The notes: a model not told the origin generated them from the sequence alone. A stretch of 64,000 nt of DNA from Eledone cirrhosa (GCA_964016885.1 OZ024742.1:192076001-192140000), one strand, 5' to 3'; shown: positions 42,093 through 57,700, counted from the stretch's first letter. Numbers and translations: made by a program.

Positions 42093-43892
42093 TAAAGATA
42101 AGCCTGTGGAAAGATGTCGTTGATAAAATATATTGCTTCCCGTTATTCAGAGTTAAGATGGCGACATAACTACCAACTACATTTGATTTCAACATAAATA
42201 ACACATCTACCTTATTTAGTCATTATTTATTTACTCAGTCCACCACGTTTGATTTCCTGGCCTGCAATTAACTTAAGCATCACATCTGCCCTATCTAATA
42301 CTTATTTATTCACTTTGATTCATAGCTGCTAACAAATTTGCTTTTTCTTTTGTTTTGTTTTTTTTGTTTTTTCCATTACAGTTATTTGTGGCTGCTAATC
42401 AATTATTTCTTGAGATTCGTGAATAGAGTTCCGCTAATGATTTAGTAATAGTGAATGTCTAAAGAAGGTCCTACTGCTTCGAAATGCATGTCTGTGTTGG
42501 AGGTGGGTTGATTGGGATACTTTCCCTGACCTAAAACTTTTAGAAATCAATATTCATCTATCTATGATATCATTGGAATTTTATGTGTAGCAACGATTAG
42601 TTCCCATGTTGATTATTGTCCCAAAACTCACAGTATTGTTATCCTTATTGTTGTTGATGTTGCTGTTGTTGTTAAGGAGGGAGTTTAGCAAAATGAGTTG
42701 AGTCAGTGACAAAATGTTTTGTGGTATTGAATTACGGCTCTTTACGTTCTATCTTGAAATGTGGCGAGTCAATGAAAAAATATAGTATCTGTATAAATAC
42801 TGGGGTCGATAAAATATACTGTTTCCGTCCCACTAAATTGCTGGCACTGTTCCTAAAGTAGACACCGATTGTAGTTGTGTAGTGTTCATTGCTATTCTGA
42901 TTCTATTTTTTTAGATGCGTGATGAGAACATGGGGATCAGGTTTCAAATTGTACAAAAGCGATATCAATGAGAAATAATTTTGATCACTTAAATTTCTAA
43001 CGAGATAGCAGGATTTGATTTGATGCTATGATTTACTATAAGACAAGATTTTAGGTTCGTCGAATAGGCTAAAATCGATAGGTTTGTCAAATAGGCTAAC
43101 ATTTATGTTTGTTATACTATCGTATACTTTCGTTTATGTTATCATGGCTGTAAGCTAGTTGGTGTCATGTTATAGCTTGGTTTATAGTGATATATATAAT
43201 TAATGAGAAGACGCAGAGGGTGATAATGCTGATTGATGTTATGTCCATGCGTGACAATGCGGTTGAGAAATTTTCTTCAGAACTTCGAAATATCAAGTCC
43301 TATCACATTGCGTGACGTTTTGAATTTATTGTCTTCAACAATAACTACGACGCAGTTATCAATTTCTGAGTAAAATGGTAAACAGGTATAATATAGGACA
43401 GGCCGTTCCAGGTTTTGCAGGAAGATTTAATTTCTCATCCGGTTTAACAATCCAACATATTTCCTGCGTACATATATCACTTCTGATACCCAACCACCTA
43501 AAATCAACACTGGTTCTTTGCTACAAAGCTGCTTGTATTGAGATATTTAGCTAAGAACTTTCTATCATAATTTTGTGTAAGAAAATTTGTTATCGCAAAC
43601 ACCAGCTCCTATAAATTACACCGTTAGATATATATTCTTAAATCCCTACAAATTCTTGATCATTTTCAAAATTAATTGAAATTCATTCATTTGAAATGTT
43701 TTAGTGAAATCGTTAGAACGTCGGATACAATATTTAGCCGTAACCGTTCTGGCCCTCTAAATTCTCAGTTCAAATTCTGCCGATGTCAAATTTGCGTTTA
43801 ATTCTTATATATTACTGGATCAATTTCTCGTACTATCTCCTCTCCTCCTCTCTATTTTTTCTCGTTCTCTCTCTCGCTCTTTCTATCTCTCT

Positions 43893-43972
<80 letters not shown>

Positions 43973-44369
43973 TCTCTCTCTCATGTTCCCCCAGTCAAGT
44001 TCTCTGTCACTTAGTGGAAAGATTCGGCTATGTTCAAACCTAGACACTAATTGACTCCACCAGGATTAAGTCCCCGGGACACACCGCGTATCACTACGCC
44101 ATGTATCACAACGTAGCATTTCCCATTCCATCAGGAGTTAAGACATTGTTATGTCATGTCCAGACATGACATAACAATGCTAGTTTTAAGAGAATTTGGA
44201 TATTGCTAATCTGTGATCATTCCATTAGTTTCCTCTACACATGGCACTAGTGACAAACATATCTTGTCCGTCAATATGTCGTGTAATAACATCGACTGAC
44301 ATGTCTCCCTCGCCATCCTCCCGGGCAATACATTCTCCATCCTGTCAACCGGAGCCAAGAGGCGAAAGG

Positions 44370-44640
44370 TCATCATCATCATTCGTCGACTACTGTCGAG
44401 ATGATGGATCTCACTCTCATGCCCCAGAATTCCCTGTCCCCCATCGCTGCCCCCAGGTCCTGCCTACTGATTCCCGTATCCCTAGAGATAACGTCAGGGA
44501 ATGACAGCTTCCTACTCCTAGTCAGGCTGGAGTCAGGGTTCCAGAGCAAGAGAGCGGATATGATTTCATTGCTGGCACGGTGACAGTGGCCAGCAAATTG
44601 AGCTCTCCGGGATTTTAGAAGGGCAGAAAGGTAAGTTAGT
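44370..44640 (-). mobile_element. RTE-group LINE 3' fragment
   Basis: Minus-strand translation LSALLKSRRAQFAGHCHRASNEIISALLLWNP..FPDVISRDTG..AMGDREFW, followed by a (TGA)n tail. Confidence 0.75.
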
Positions 44641-44955
44641 TGGACATAACAAATATAAATATATATACTTCATAAAATTGATAAAGTTTTTATGCCACTT
44701 CATGTTCCTTGTCTACTTCCATATTGTTTTCTTGTTTGAATTTAGTTTACAAAATCAAAAAGTCATGTGCACTGTACGGTTTGAAGAAGAAGAAGATGAG
44801 TATGAGGAAGAAGAGGATTGGGGGGGGGGGGGGATTACTATTGGATTAACATTTACTATTCCTACCAGACACACCTTCAGAAAGTGCATATATGCACACA
44901 CGCGCCTGCACATATGACTGAAATGAAAAAGGTATATATATAAGGAGATAGAAGC

Positions 44956-45009
<54 letters not shown>

Positions 45010-45108
45010 ATCAACATATCACACCTATGTTTATTACATCGTTATATATTTACCGACTATACGGCGACATGGGAAATCTTTTCCAACCAAACTTGTTAAT
45101 AGTAAAGT

Positions 45109-45178
<70 letters not shown>

Positions 45179-45191
45179 TTACATATATATG

Positions 45192-45253
<62 letters not shown>

Positions 45254-45290
45254 CATATATATATATATATATATTACATATATATATATG

Positions 45291-45407
<117 letters not shown>

Positions 45408-45662
45408 ATGTATATATATATATACAAATATATTTGAAGTATATGTACATGAAAATATTTGAAATATTCTCAGTGATTGGACTAAACAAGGAGACAGAAT
45501 GCAACTTTGATGAGAAATATTGTTGTTTTGGAAGAACATAGAAACGTTTAACTGTCACATGTTTTACAAATTAGTTTTCACGTCGAATACGTATATTTAT
45601 GTAAATATCTCCAAGGTCATATGCTTGTGAGTATCTCATTCTGTAATTATGTGATATATATG

Positions 45663-45922
<260 letters not shown>

Positions 45923-45944
45923 CACACATATATATAGAGAGAGT

Positions 45945-46163
45945 GAAGGCGTGTGGCTGAGTGGTTAGAGAATTGGATTCGCAATCGTAAGGTTGTGAGT
46001 TTGATTCCTGGACCAGGCGATGCGTTATGTCCTTGAGCAAGGCACTTTATTTCACGTTGCTTCTTCTACCTGGAGTTGCGACCGATAGATAGTATTAGCA
46101 ATTGGAAAGACCAACGGAAACATTGTTCCCTCGGTCCGATTTGACGAAAGTCGATCGTTCCTC
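45945..46163 (+). mobile_element. tRNA-derived SINE family 3
   Basis: A box tggctgagtgg, B-box-like gagtttgattcc. Near-identical inverted copy at 49038-49255. Confidence 0.85.
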
Positions 46164-46196
<33 letters not shown>

Positions 46197-46316
46197 CGTG
46201 TGTGCGTGTGTGTGAATATATACATATATAAATACATCTATTGAAACTTTCAGAAGATCCCGTTAAGGGTGAAAGCAGCGATTCTTTGCTTAAACTTTAA
46301 TCTGTTATTTTAATAA

Positions 46317-46353
<37 letters not shown>

Positions 46354-46431
46354 TACAACGCTCCCCTCCATATATATATATATATAGTGACGAAACATAA
46401 GTCAATTGCATGAACTCATAATCCTTTATTT

Positions 46432-46487
46432 ACTGCTATATATATTTCGATGATAGCCATTGAATGGCTATGACCTCATCAGGCAGT
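46432..46487 (-). ncRNA. Type I minimal hammerhead within PLE-type fragment 46387-~46815
   Basis: actgc CTGATGA g..atagcca ttcaa tggctat..c GAAAT atat ATA gcagt, immediately followed by aaataaa. Confidence 0.85.
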
Positions 46488-46821
46488 TAGTCAGTTCTTA
46501 GATATGCCAGCTCTGTGTTTATAGTGTTGATGGTATTAGAGCCTTGGCACATATGAGCTTGTTAGGAATACTTTAATGTTGTCAGCAGGAATAGTCTTGA
46601 TTCTCATTGGTCAGTTTGTAGATGGTAGTAGGGTTGGTATTTGACCTCAAAGAGGCAGGTGGTGTTGTAAAGTTCAAACCGTCAGGCAAGATGACAATAG
46701 TTCCATATGACTGATTTTCACAAAAAGCATTCCTGGTCAGATATATATTGAATATAGTTTCGTCCAACACATGTTAAAGTTGAAAATTGGACGTATAAAA
46801 GATAATGATGTGTACATACTT

Positions 46822-46914
<93 letters not shown>

Positions 46915-46926
46915 CATACATACTTA

Positions 46927-46966
<40 letters not shown>

Positions 46967-46975
46967 TCTGTTTGA

Positions 46976-47004
<29 letters not shown>

Positions 47005-47007
<3 letters not shown>

Positions 47008-47422
47008 TAATAAAAGGAATTCCAACTTTGTCTGATTTACTCGTTTTATTTACAATCCTATAATGGTATTAGAATGAAATAGTATGGTAGAATATTAAAT
47101 GTTAAGAGTTAATTGAACAAGTACTTTCATGCTTTTACAATATTCAGGTTCATAATGTGTGGTGACAGTCAAGTTTGCAATTTTCAACTGTGTTGAAAAT
47201 TGCAAACTTGACTGTCACCACAGAATATGAACCTGAAGATTGCGAAAGCATGAAAGTACTTGTTCAATTAACACTTAACATTTAATATTCTACCATACTA
47301 TTTCATTCTAATACCATTATAAATTTTAAAGGATTGTAAATAAAACGAGTAAATCACACAAAGTTGGAATTCCTTTTATTAATATAATCTTCTATACACA
47401 ATCATACACACCCGTGTATATT
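47005..47422. mobile_element. Family D fold-back element (~185-bp arms, 3-bp spacer near 47190)
   Basis: Inverted arms. Same family as the middle module of the 38.2-39.35 kb palindrome. Confidence 0.85.
47228..47266 (+). ncRNA. Type I minimal hammerhead (family D)
   Basis: tgaac CTGAAGA t tgc gaaa gca t GAAAG ta CTT gttca. GNRA loop II, palindromic AAGTACTT. Confidence 0.85.
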
Positions 47423-47526
47423 TATCTATCTCTATCTCTCTCTCTCTATATATATATATACATATGTTTGTGTATGCGTATGTGCGTGTTTAAAATGTAG
47501 ACGACGCATGTGATTTGTTTATGCAT

Positions 47527-47586
<60 letters not shown>

Positions 47587-47852
47587 ACACACACACACAC
47601 ACACACATACACAGGTTGAGACACAGGCACACACTATACAATAATTACATGCAAATGATACGAAACCAAACATTAACGTTTGCTGTAGCTGTGTTGATTG
47701 TGAAAGAAAATACAACCTTCATAGCAAGAATTGATTTACCAAATATATAAAAAAAGATATATATAATATATAGATAAAAACCTGGAATAAATACGTGTAG
47801 CATAAAGACAGAGTGGGTGTATATATATATGTGTGTTTGTGTGTGTGTGTGC

Positions 47853-47891
<39 letters not shown>

Positions 47892-47984
47892 CATAGCTGG
47901 GTGTGTATTTTTGTGTGATTGCTTCCAGTTTCTTCACAGGTAAGTAAACAAATTAATAGACAAGGATGTCACACGATACGAAAT

Positions 47985-48023
<39 letters not shown>

Positions 48024-48032
48024 ATACACAGA

Positions 48033-48087
<55 letters not shown>

Positions 48088-48196
48088 ATACACACACACA
48101 CACGCACTCACACACACACACACACATGCATTCGTTGCAGAGATATATGTACATATATATGTGTGTGTGTGTGTGTGTGTTTGTGTGTGTTTATTC

Positions 48197-48392
48197 ATTT
48201 CATTAAGATTAAATAGTTGTACTCTTGAGTTTCGCCTGTTTATCACAGGCTCATCAGACAAAATGACCCTGTGATAAAGAGGCGAAACTCAAGAGTAACA
48301 TGACTAACTGTTTAGTCTTAATGAAATGCATATTAAAACTCTACTTCAGTATTGAGTTCTCATTTCTTTCACCCATCAACGACATGCGGATG
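48197..48392. mobile_element. Family E fold-back element with hammerhead (48218-48260, minus)
   Basis: Minus strand: tgt CTGATGA gcctg tgataaa caggc GAA ACTC aa GAGT A. The plus arm restarts inside the core at about 48265. Confidence 0.8.
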
Positions 48393-48796
48393 TATATATA
48401 TATTCGCAATCGTGCGGTTGTGAGTTCGCTTCCCGGGGCAGTTATACAGTACTGGCAATTGGAAAGATCCATGGAAACATTGTTTCCTCGGTCCGATTTG
48501 ATCGACTTCTATCTATATATATATTCGTATGTATATATGTATATGTATATATATATATGAATGTATATATATATATATACATACAAAGATATCTATATAT
48601 ATGCTTCTGTGTGTGTGTGCGTGCGTGTGTGTGTGTGTGTATTTGTGTGTACGTGTGTATTTATATGTGTATGGATGTGTGTGTGTGACTGCGTGTACGA
48701 ATGAGTGAACGTATATAATCATATGTCAACAGGTTGATAAACACAAAAGCACACACACATAAACACACACTTGCCTACAAACACACATTCACATTA

Positions 48797-48990
48797 TAAT
48801 TGTTTCTACTATTGGCACAAGGCCAGCAATTATATGTCAATTTATTACTGGTACTTTATTTTATCGACCCCGTAAGGATGAAAGGCAAAGTTAACCTCCG
48901 CGGGATTTGAACACAGACCATAAAGGGCCGTAAATCTTTGCTGCAAAGCATGTTGTCCGAACCTCTACCGATACTGCCAATCCACCGCCA
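48797..48990 (-). mobile_element. SINE family 1
   Basis: Full reverse-complement match. Confidence 0.85.
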
Positions 48991-49037
48991 TACACATTAT
49001 AATATCAAAATGAATGTTTACTATTATATGATATATA

Positions 49038-49255
49038 AGGAACGATCGACTTTCGTCAAATCGGACCGAGGAAACAATGTTTCCGTTGGTCTTTCCAATT
49101 GCTAATACTATCTATCTGTCGCAACTCCAGGTAGAAGGAGCAACGTGAAATCAAGTGTCTTGCTCAAGGACGTAACGCATCGCCTGGTCCAGGAATCGAA
49201 CTCACAACCTCAAGATTGTGAATCCAATTCTCTAACCACTCAGCCACACGCCATC
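49038..49255 (-). mobile_element. SINE family 3
   Basis: Reverse complement of 45945-46163. Confidence 0.85.
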
Positions 49256-49294
49256 ACATGATATATAAAACTGCTGAAATAGTGTCTCTGCAAA

Positions 49295-51915
49295 CACTTT
49301 ATTTTATTTCCATTTATTTTTCTTTAAATAACATACATATAATACAAACATAATTTATGTAATAACAGACATACATATTAAACTACGAAACATTAATGAT
49401 ATTCTTATGATATAAATATAATATATATATAAAATTGTAATAGTACACCATGTAATATCATACACAATGATACATTATGAAAAATTACACCCTACGATGA
49501 TGAAGATGCATGATCAGGATATTCGATATAAAAACTTCATTGTTGTCAGCACCATTAACAACAATAATCATAGCAAAAACAACAATAATATAAATAACAA
49601 CAACCATAATAATGCTTTCTTTATTAACCACAAGGGTTGATATAAAGTATAACATTAAGGACAGCACAGGACGGTACAAATGGACATTTCTGTGTGTAAA
49701 GAAGAAAAAAACAATAACAAAGGAAATTACAAAAAAATGAAACAAAAGAGAATTCTCCAATAGAAGGGAGACTTCCGAGGGTGACTTGTGGAGAAAGCCC
49801 ATTAAAAACGCCACGGTGACCCTGATGACCAGGGCAAGTGCCCTCTCCCAGTTTTCCACCTCCAATCTACAGGCACATACTCAGAGAAGGCCCATTCACG
49901 CGGGCCATGCTTGCCTCTCTCACCCATCTTTCAACAAATTGCTGGGGAAAGAGCGCTTCCCTCTCCATCCTGATTTTACTAGAAATTTGAAAAAGTGAAT
50001 CAAGGCAACACCGAAGAGGTAAGTGCTCTTCTTCAGCCCTTTCAAACGCGTCCACCAAACGACCTCTTTCGCCATGGCCACCAGGCAGATAAAAAGTGCC
50101 TGCATTTCTCGGCTAAAGGAAGGCGGCGGGGAAATCCTCACGATGGTCTTAGTTGATAGTCGGATCCGTCCTACACGCGACAGCAGGTGTTCGACATAAA
50201 CCCACAAGTCAGTAATGCTCGGACACTGAACGAGTTTGTGCAGGACGGTTTCGTCGCCCTACGTGCATCTCGGACATGCTCGGCTGGCGGCACTTCCATG
50301 CCTATCGAGTTTATCCCGAACTGGCAAAGCTCCCCGGTAGCACTGCCAGGCCAGAGATTTCTAGAACTTATCCATGGGCCACGGCCCGAAAGTTCTCCCG
50401 AAGAGATTGGCTAGTTTATTTTCGTCGACGCCCAGAGTCTCCCCACCGATGTCGTCGGTCTTACCTTCCACTAACCCTATATAGAATGCTAAGGTGGAGT
50501 TTCCACTGATCGCATCACCCAACTAGTCGAGGGCTGTGAGTGCCTGAAGACATTCCAGTCTCCAAACGCTCGCTCTCGATCTTCGCTTGACCCAGGACAG
50601 CAGCTGCGTCAAGGAGACGAGCTGGACGGATACGTGTCTAGCAAAGGGCGACCACACCTGATCACCGCCAAGGAAGAGGTGGAGATGCGGTAGCCAGAGC
50701 GCTTGTTTGCACATCATCAGCCACGGCATGCCCGCCCCTTTACGTAGCGTCAGTTGACAGCAGATGGACCGCCTGGCCTTCCACAGAAAGCGAAAGAGCA
50801 AACGCTCCAGCACCATCAGGCGAGGCTTAGGACAGGCACGACGGTCAGGCGGTAGTAGATCATGGCGCAATGTATGCGTTCACCACCGATTGTCGACCCT
50901 ATCGAACTCTTTCGACTGAACTAAATTGATCAAAGACCTACCCGTGCCAGGTTCCCTAGCTACCCTCTCCATGATGTATCGCATGAGGTGGGGGTTGTCG
51001 TGGATGGATCTGTCTGAAATGGTGCATGACTGCGCCTCTCCCAACAGACCACCGACCACATGCAGCAACCTTCTTCTAGCAGGTTTGCCAAAATCTTGAA
51101 CTCTGCGTTTAGAAGAGTTATGGGTCTGACATTATCTATGTCATCCCCCTTGTTCGGGTCTTTTCTCAGCTGCGCCACCGCTCCTCGGCTCATAGAGCTG
51201 GGAATTCTCCCGTTCTGCTGCCAGTTGCAGTAGACGTCCACCAAGAGGTTGCCAAACAACTCTGGCATGTGTACGTAAAGCTCGTAGGGGAAACCATGTA
51301 AACGAAGCGATTTATCCATCAAGCAGTCTGTCATTGCTTCCCGTACTTTAGCGGCTGTTATCCGCTTTTCACAATACTCCGCCTCGGTGGCCCAGAGCTG
51401 CGGCAGTCCATCTAGGTAGGCACTAAAGTCCATCCTACGATCCGGCCCACCGCTGCCCTCGAACATCTTCACGAAGTGTCGCTGAAAAGCCACACGCATT
51501 ATCCCGGGCTCGACTAACATGCGCCCGTCATGGTCCTCCAAAGACCGGATCGTAGCTTTGTTGTCACGACCGCACCTCCACCACTCGGGCCCATTGAACG
51601 GCTTTCGTCCCCTCGTATCTCAGAGCACGCGCTATAGCTCTAACTGCGCAGCCTTCGTGCTTTGCGTTGAAGAATTGTTCGAGGGCCAATTTCGCCGCAA
51701 GCACGTCGATCACGTTGCCTTTACTAAGCTCCTCGTTTAGTTTTCTAACTAGTTCTTCCTCTGCTCTATTTTTCTCTATTGCTAACGCCTTACTAAACCT
51801 AATGGACTCTATTCCCATCGCCCTGTTCAGAGCGAACCACCATTTGTTGTTGACGACTGCCCTTATCAACGCCCGCTTAACTAGTTCGCTAATTCGGTCT
51901 CTGTAGGCTTTGCGC
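49295..51915 (-). mobile_element. 5'-truncated, internally deleted L1/Tx1-clade LINE
   Basis: ORF fragments align with ORF2 at 55.5-58.1 kb (NNKWW, WQQNGRIP, RPITLLNAEFKILA, GMPWLMM, RMEREAL). The RT core between LINLVQSKEFD and YYRL is missing near 50875. Confidence 0.9.
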
Positions 51916-52474
51916 GTTATATATAAACCCCCTAGTTGTTACGAAGCTCAGTGGGTGGTTTCTAATCTACTTGTGCACCACATTCTAGTTCTTGTACTCA
52001 GCAATCAATGAAGAGAAGAGAGGGAGTAGAGAGGGGGCTATAATGGTGACAGTTGTAGAGGTATGTGACATGTGATGTAGTATATAAATATATGCATATA
52101 CACCAGGACCGACCACTAAGGAACCGAACTCCCACTGTCACTGACATTGTGTCTGACATTTTGTCAGTCATATTTCAGTCTCCATACCTCTCCTCCATCA
52201 CGCTACGTATATCTCACAAGCTCTGCCTTCCCTTTAACTTTTATTTATAATTCCATTCTTTGAGTTTTGAAGTTGAGCTCTCCCAATCGTCTACCATTCT
52301 CACATCTTAATGGAAAAAAACCTTTAACATGATGAGTATATATTAATTGCAGCATCTATCGGTCTGTCTGTTTATTTATTTATTTACTTATTAATTTATT
52401 TATTTACCTATATGTCTATGTATCTCTCTGTCTGTCTGTGTGTCTGTCTGTGTATCTGTCTGCGTGTCTGTCCG

Positions 52475-52531
<57 letters not shown>

Positions 52532-52765
52532 TAATCTAGCTGTCGTCTGTTCTACAGCGTAGATGTAATTCACTTCGCGCAGAAGTGTTGTTCAAATTTA
52601 TTGCGGAAATTTTGTAAGTTCAATTTTAATTTTGATACTATTGTGTAGCTTGACTCCCCGTCTGAACTGTCAGGCGGTGGGTCAGCTCATCTTTACCCCT
52701 CCTAGGGGTGAAAACCTGTTTTTAAAAATTTTGTGGCATAAAAAAATTTCAATCGTCTGACAGAA

Positions 52766-54720
52766 ATGTTAAACGAAGCTAACAAAAATAGTGGTGGGGG
52801 ACAGCGGTAAGAGTTGTAAGCTCGCACGCTTTAGTCCCCCCTTCCTTCCCAACTAACGTCATAGAGAAGGAAGGAAAAAATAAAATAAAAACAGACGAAT
52901 CTGCGGAGAAGAATGACGAAAACAAAAATCTGGACATGGATTCCAACAACGAAAAAAAAAAATTTGAAAAATTGCATGACAATATTAATACCACAAACAA
53001 AGACACGACAAACACAAAAATAACATTTGAAAACAACATCATTAACATTTGAAAACAACATCATAACAGAAAGCAAAGCAGACGACAAAGTCAACACCAA
53101 TAAGATTTCATTTGCACAAACAACAAAGAAATCTTTGACATATATACCTGAAAATATTTCAGATGTGGCACAAAGAATTGCAGACGCCAAACAATATATA
53201 ACTGAAGGAGAGAATGGTATTTTATCGGTAAAAATGCCTCAAGAACTCACCAAAGACATTGAAAGTCGAATGGTCGTTTTCCGCACCATCAACAACATTT
53301 CTAAAAAACCTGAACAGCCAACTCAAACAGAAATCAAAACAGTACTTACAGAAGTACTTAATGAAACCACTCTCAGAAGAAAAGACAGACTGTATGGAAG
53401 CCTAGCGATTATTATGAAGAACGAATCGGCGGCAAAAAAATGTGCTTTGTCACCGATTCGTTCGAAAATGTTTACCTTTTATCCATCTTATATGGGTAAA
53501 AGAACTCAACGCATATGGCTGGATGCAATGATGCCAGATGTGGACTACTGCTGGCTCATAGCTGGCTTCATCGATCCAGCGAATGACAACGTGATTTCCA
53601 TTGGGAAAACCACAGGCAATGCGTTCAGTGGAACAGGTAGTGCAAATGAAGCCTGAACGCATCACCCAAATACCCGACAGAATCCTATTAGAGGGCCACG
53701 GGTATATAAACATTAGCGTGGAGGGGAGAAGGCCGTCCTGTCATATCTGTGCAGGCAGAGGGCACCTGAAGGCGGCTTGTCCCCAACTCAACAAAAAGAA
53801 AACCCTGCTACCAACACCAGCTCCACCACCACCACCACAATAGATAAACAAACAACAAAACTCAGTCCCACCCAACCCGTCCCTCAGTAAAACTACACCA
53901 CCACCACAACACAAACAGTCACAACACATTACCCCAAAACAAAATACAGGCCCACCCAACCCCTCACTCAATAAAACAACACAACCACCGCAGCCACAAC
54001 ACACAACACAGTCTAACATAGTGACATCCATCTCCCCCACAAAGAAAACCAACACGGAAACATTACCAGCAAACATACCTCTTCCCTCCAACACTGAAGA
54101 TAACCCAACGAATTCGGAGGAAGAAACGGAGTCCTTCAGACAGATTAAAAGGAAAAAAAGAAAACGTGCAAAACACACAAGGCCAAACAACCCCCACCCA
54201 AATGTCAACACAATCCAACAAAACACAAAACACCCCTCCAGCAACAAACAAAACCAAACCTGCCCCTCCCCTCTTCGAAACACTCACACCATCCGAAAAA
54301 AAAAGACATTACACTATACTTACATCAACAGAAACAATAATAAATTAAATGAACTCATAAACAATAATCCTTCGGTACAAACCGAAGGTGTAAACTTTGT
54401 TTCTTCAGAAAACTACCCACATTTAAAATTAATAAAGATCCCAATGAACCTCTACCAAAAACTAAAAAAGGATTTTAAGGAGGACGTAGGACCACCCTCT
54501 GTCAAACCCATAAACCGCGTCCTACTAAAAAGCTTTCCTCCTCCCCTTCCCCTCCCCAACACAACTCCAAACACCCCAACCCCACCACACACTGACGACC
54601 CCACACCACCACAAGACACCCCTTCACCCAACACCCCCCGACCCCATGGAAGTCGTGCGACCCGAACCCCGGGAAGCAGAAAGGTAGGTCTCTACACTCT
54701 CCTTTGGCTCTGCCGCCCAC
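52766..54720 (+). pseudogene. Tx1-type ORF1 (gag-like, zinc knuckle), disrupted
   Basis: CHICAGRGHLKAAC and a Pro/Thr/Asn-rich tail. Lesions: 22-bp tandem duplication near 53022-53065, frameshift near 53635, stop at 53841. Confidence 0.75.
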
Positions 54721-57700
54721 ATGGATGTGTTAAGAGTAGGATGTTTGAATGCACGTGGCCTGGGCTCAACTTGGAAGCAAGCAAAGCTTCTAAATGACCT
54801 CAGGTCATGTGGTATAAATGTAATGGTTATCTGTGAGACTCGGATCAGCGTCGTGCGGCAGCTGGCCCCTACCTTCGATGACTTTGAGGTGCATGCATCT
54901 CTCTGTCAACCTGGAGGTGGGGGTGGGGTTGTCGTACTGCTGCAAAAACACCTGGGTCTTGCCGTACAGGTTGTTCACTCGGACCCGGAGGGTCGTTTGT
55001 TGGTACTAGACGTTGGCAGTAGTGAAGGTGCGGCCTTGAGACTGGTCGCCGTCTACTCCCCTTTCGGAGCTGAACGGCCCGACTTCTTCCAGCGTTTGGA
55101 GATTTTTCTGGGAACGTCGCGTTCCCTGCTTCTAGCGGGGGATTGGAATGACATCCTAGATGCACGTTGGGACTATGCAGGAGCATGTCCTAATAGAGGG
55201 GTGTAACAGCCTCAAGGGGTTACTCAACCGTTTTAACTTGGTCGATAGATATCGACTAGATTTTCCAACTGTGCCTACCTGGACTTGGACGAACCATAGT
55301 GGTCAATCTAGATCGTACTTAGATAGATTCTTAGTTATAAGTAAGGATAGGGACATATTAAGCTGTCCAGAAATGCGCACGGTTGGCTATACGGATCACA
55401 AATTAGTGACCTGCGTAATCAATCTCGAGAAAACACGTAAACAGGGTCCCGGTTACTGGAAACGTAATTTGTCTTTACCGGCAAAAGAGACTTACAGAAA
55501 CCGGATTAGCAGATTAGTTAAGGAGAGGTTGACGGGTGCAATCGTCAACAACCGATGGTGGGCATCTCTCAAAAGAGAGATTAGAACAGAATCAATAAGT
55601 TATAGCAAGATGTTAGCTGCCGATAGGAATAGAAACGAGAAAGAATTAACAGGTAAATTAGAAGAGGCAATCAAGAGCGAAAATGTGGTCAGCGTGCTGG
55701 CATCGAGGACGGCATTGAACCAGTTTTTCGATGCAAAGCACGAAGGCTGCGTCATTCGAAGTAAAATACGTGCTCTAGGTAATGAGGGGGCCAAAGCCGT
55801 TGGCTGGGCCCGCGTGACAGAAGCTAAGAGTAGAAATCGATCCACCATCCGGTCGTTGCAAGACGAGGATGGACGGGTGATCCGGGAGCCTAAGCAGATG
55901 TGCGAGGCCTTTCAAAGGCACTTTGCCCGATTATTCGGGGGAGGCGAGGGTCCGGGCGGGGACGTGAATTTCGGTCCATACGACGACGGCCTGCCGCGTC
56001 TCTCGAGTGAAGAGGCAGAGTCCTGCGAGGGACCAATCTCGGCTGATGAGATCGGGGATGCGCTGAGCCAATGCAGCAGACGCAAATCTCCAGGTCTCGA
56101 TGGTATACCTTACGAACTTTATTTAGCAATGCCGGTCATCTTCTCCGAACTCCTCGAAGCGGTCTACTGCAATTGGCAGCAGAACGGGAGAATTCCTTGT
56201 TCTGTAGCCAAGGGCGTAGTCTCGCTGGTGAGGAAGGACGAGAACAAGGGGGATAGTATAAATAATGTTCGGCCCATAACCCTACTAAACACAGAGTTAA
56301 AGATTTTGGCCAAGGTGTTAGCAAAGAGGTTGGCGCTTGTCGTGGGTAGCCTGGTGGGAGATGCGCAGACATGTGCTATCCCATCCAGGTCCATTCACGA
56401 TAACCTCCACCTCATGCGATACATCATAGAGAGGGTTGGCAACAAACCCGGCTTCGGTGGGGCCCTGATCAACTTGGATCAGTCTAAGGCCTTCGATAGG
56501 ATCGACCATGGTTACCTGGATGTGGTGCTAGCGGCGGCTGGGTTCGGTCCTGTTTTCAGAGGCTGGATCACTGCCTTACATAGCAACCACATCTGTTCTA
56601 GGATCAAGGTAAACGGCTACCTTTCGAAGCCGTTCGAAATCACACGATCCATTCGACAGGGGTGCCCTCTCTCCTCCCTTCTGTACGTATTGACTCTCGA
56701 GCCTTTACTGAGGAAGTTGGAGTTGTTGCAGGGTATCCCCCTGGAACCAGGATTGAGCAAAGCGGTGTCCGCCTACGCCGATGACGTAACAGTAATGGTA
56801 TCGACCGACTCGGAGATCGAGGCGATCGGTACCTTACTGGAGGATTACGAAAGGTTGTCAGGAGCGAAACTGAACCGGGAAAAATCCATCGGGCTGCAAC
56901 TCGGAACGTGGAGAGGCAGACCGATGCCTCCCGACGGTGTCGTCGGACACTGGACGGAGGGCCCGGTAAAGTTGCTTGGGGTCTGGTTTGGACCGGACCT
57001 CCAGGTGGAAAAGAACTGGGACGAGGTTACGAACAAGGTGTTTGCACTAACCCAGAGATGGGCCAAGTGTAAGCTGTCCCTAAAAGGCCGGGCGGAGGTG
57101 GCGAACATTTACATAGCGTCCGTCACTTACTACCGCCTGACTGTCGTGCCTTGCCCTAAGGAAACACTCACCAGCATGGAACGCATGCTCTTCCAATTTC
57201 TTTGGAAGAAGCGCCCTCCTATGGTGAGAAGATCCATCTGCTGCCAACAACCTTCGAAAGGAGGGCTGGGGATGCCGTGGTTGATGATGCGTAGGCACGC
57301 ATTAAGGCTACGGCACCTACAGGTATTCCTCACTGGTCAACCGGTGTGGGCTCCGTTCGTGAAACGAGCCTTTCCGAGACTCGTCTCGCTCACCGAGCTG
57401 CAGTCCTGGGTCAAGCAAAGATCCGGAAAACTGGGAGACTGGCACACTGAGTGCGCTCAGGCGCTCAGGGCTCTCTGGCAAGCGGGCCAGGCCATCGGTG
57501 GAGAATCCACCTCATCGTTCTATAGAGGGCTGGTGGCTAACAGGGGCGATGACACCCTTGGAGAGTCGCTGGACATGGAAGAGGACGAAATGGCCAGCCT
57601 GTTCGGTAGGACTTTCGGCCCGGGACCAATGGACAACTTCCAGAAGTCACTAGCCTGGCAGTGCTACCGGGGGCTCTACCCGTTCGAGAGAGGCTCTACA

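Noticed and set aside
44143-44179. 17-bp-arm palindrome cattgttatgtcatgtc/acatgacataacaatg
   Set aside because: Not TA-flanked, no ribozyme or family match. It may be the 3' junction of the adjacent RTE fragment.
45500-45555. TTGATGA...GAAACGTT hammerhead-like string
   Set aside because: The core is mutated and there is no stem I. It is possibly a decayed copy but cannot be supported.
51935-52260. Possible solo LTR beginning tgttacg
   Set aside because: No second LTR, PBS/PPT or target-site duplication identified.
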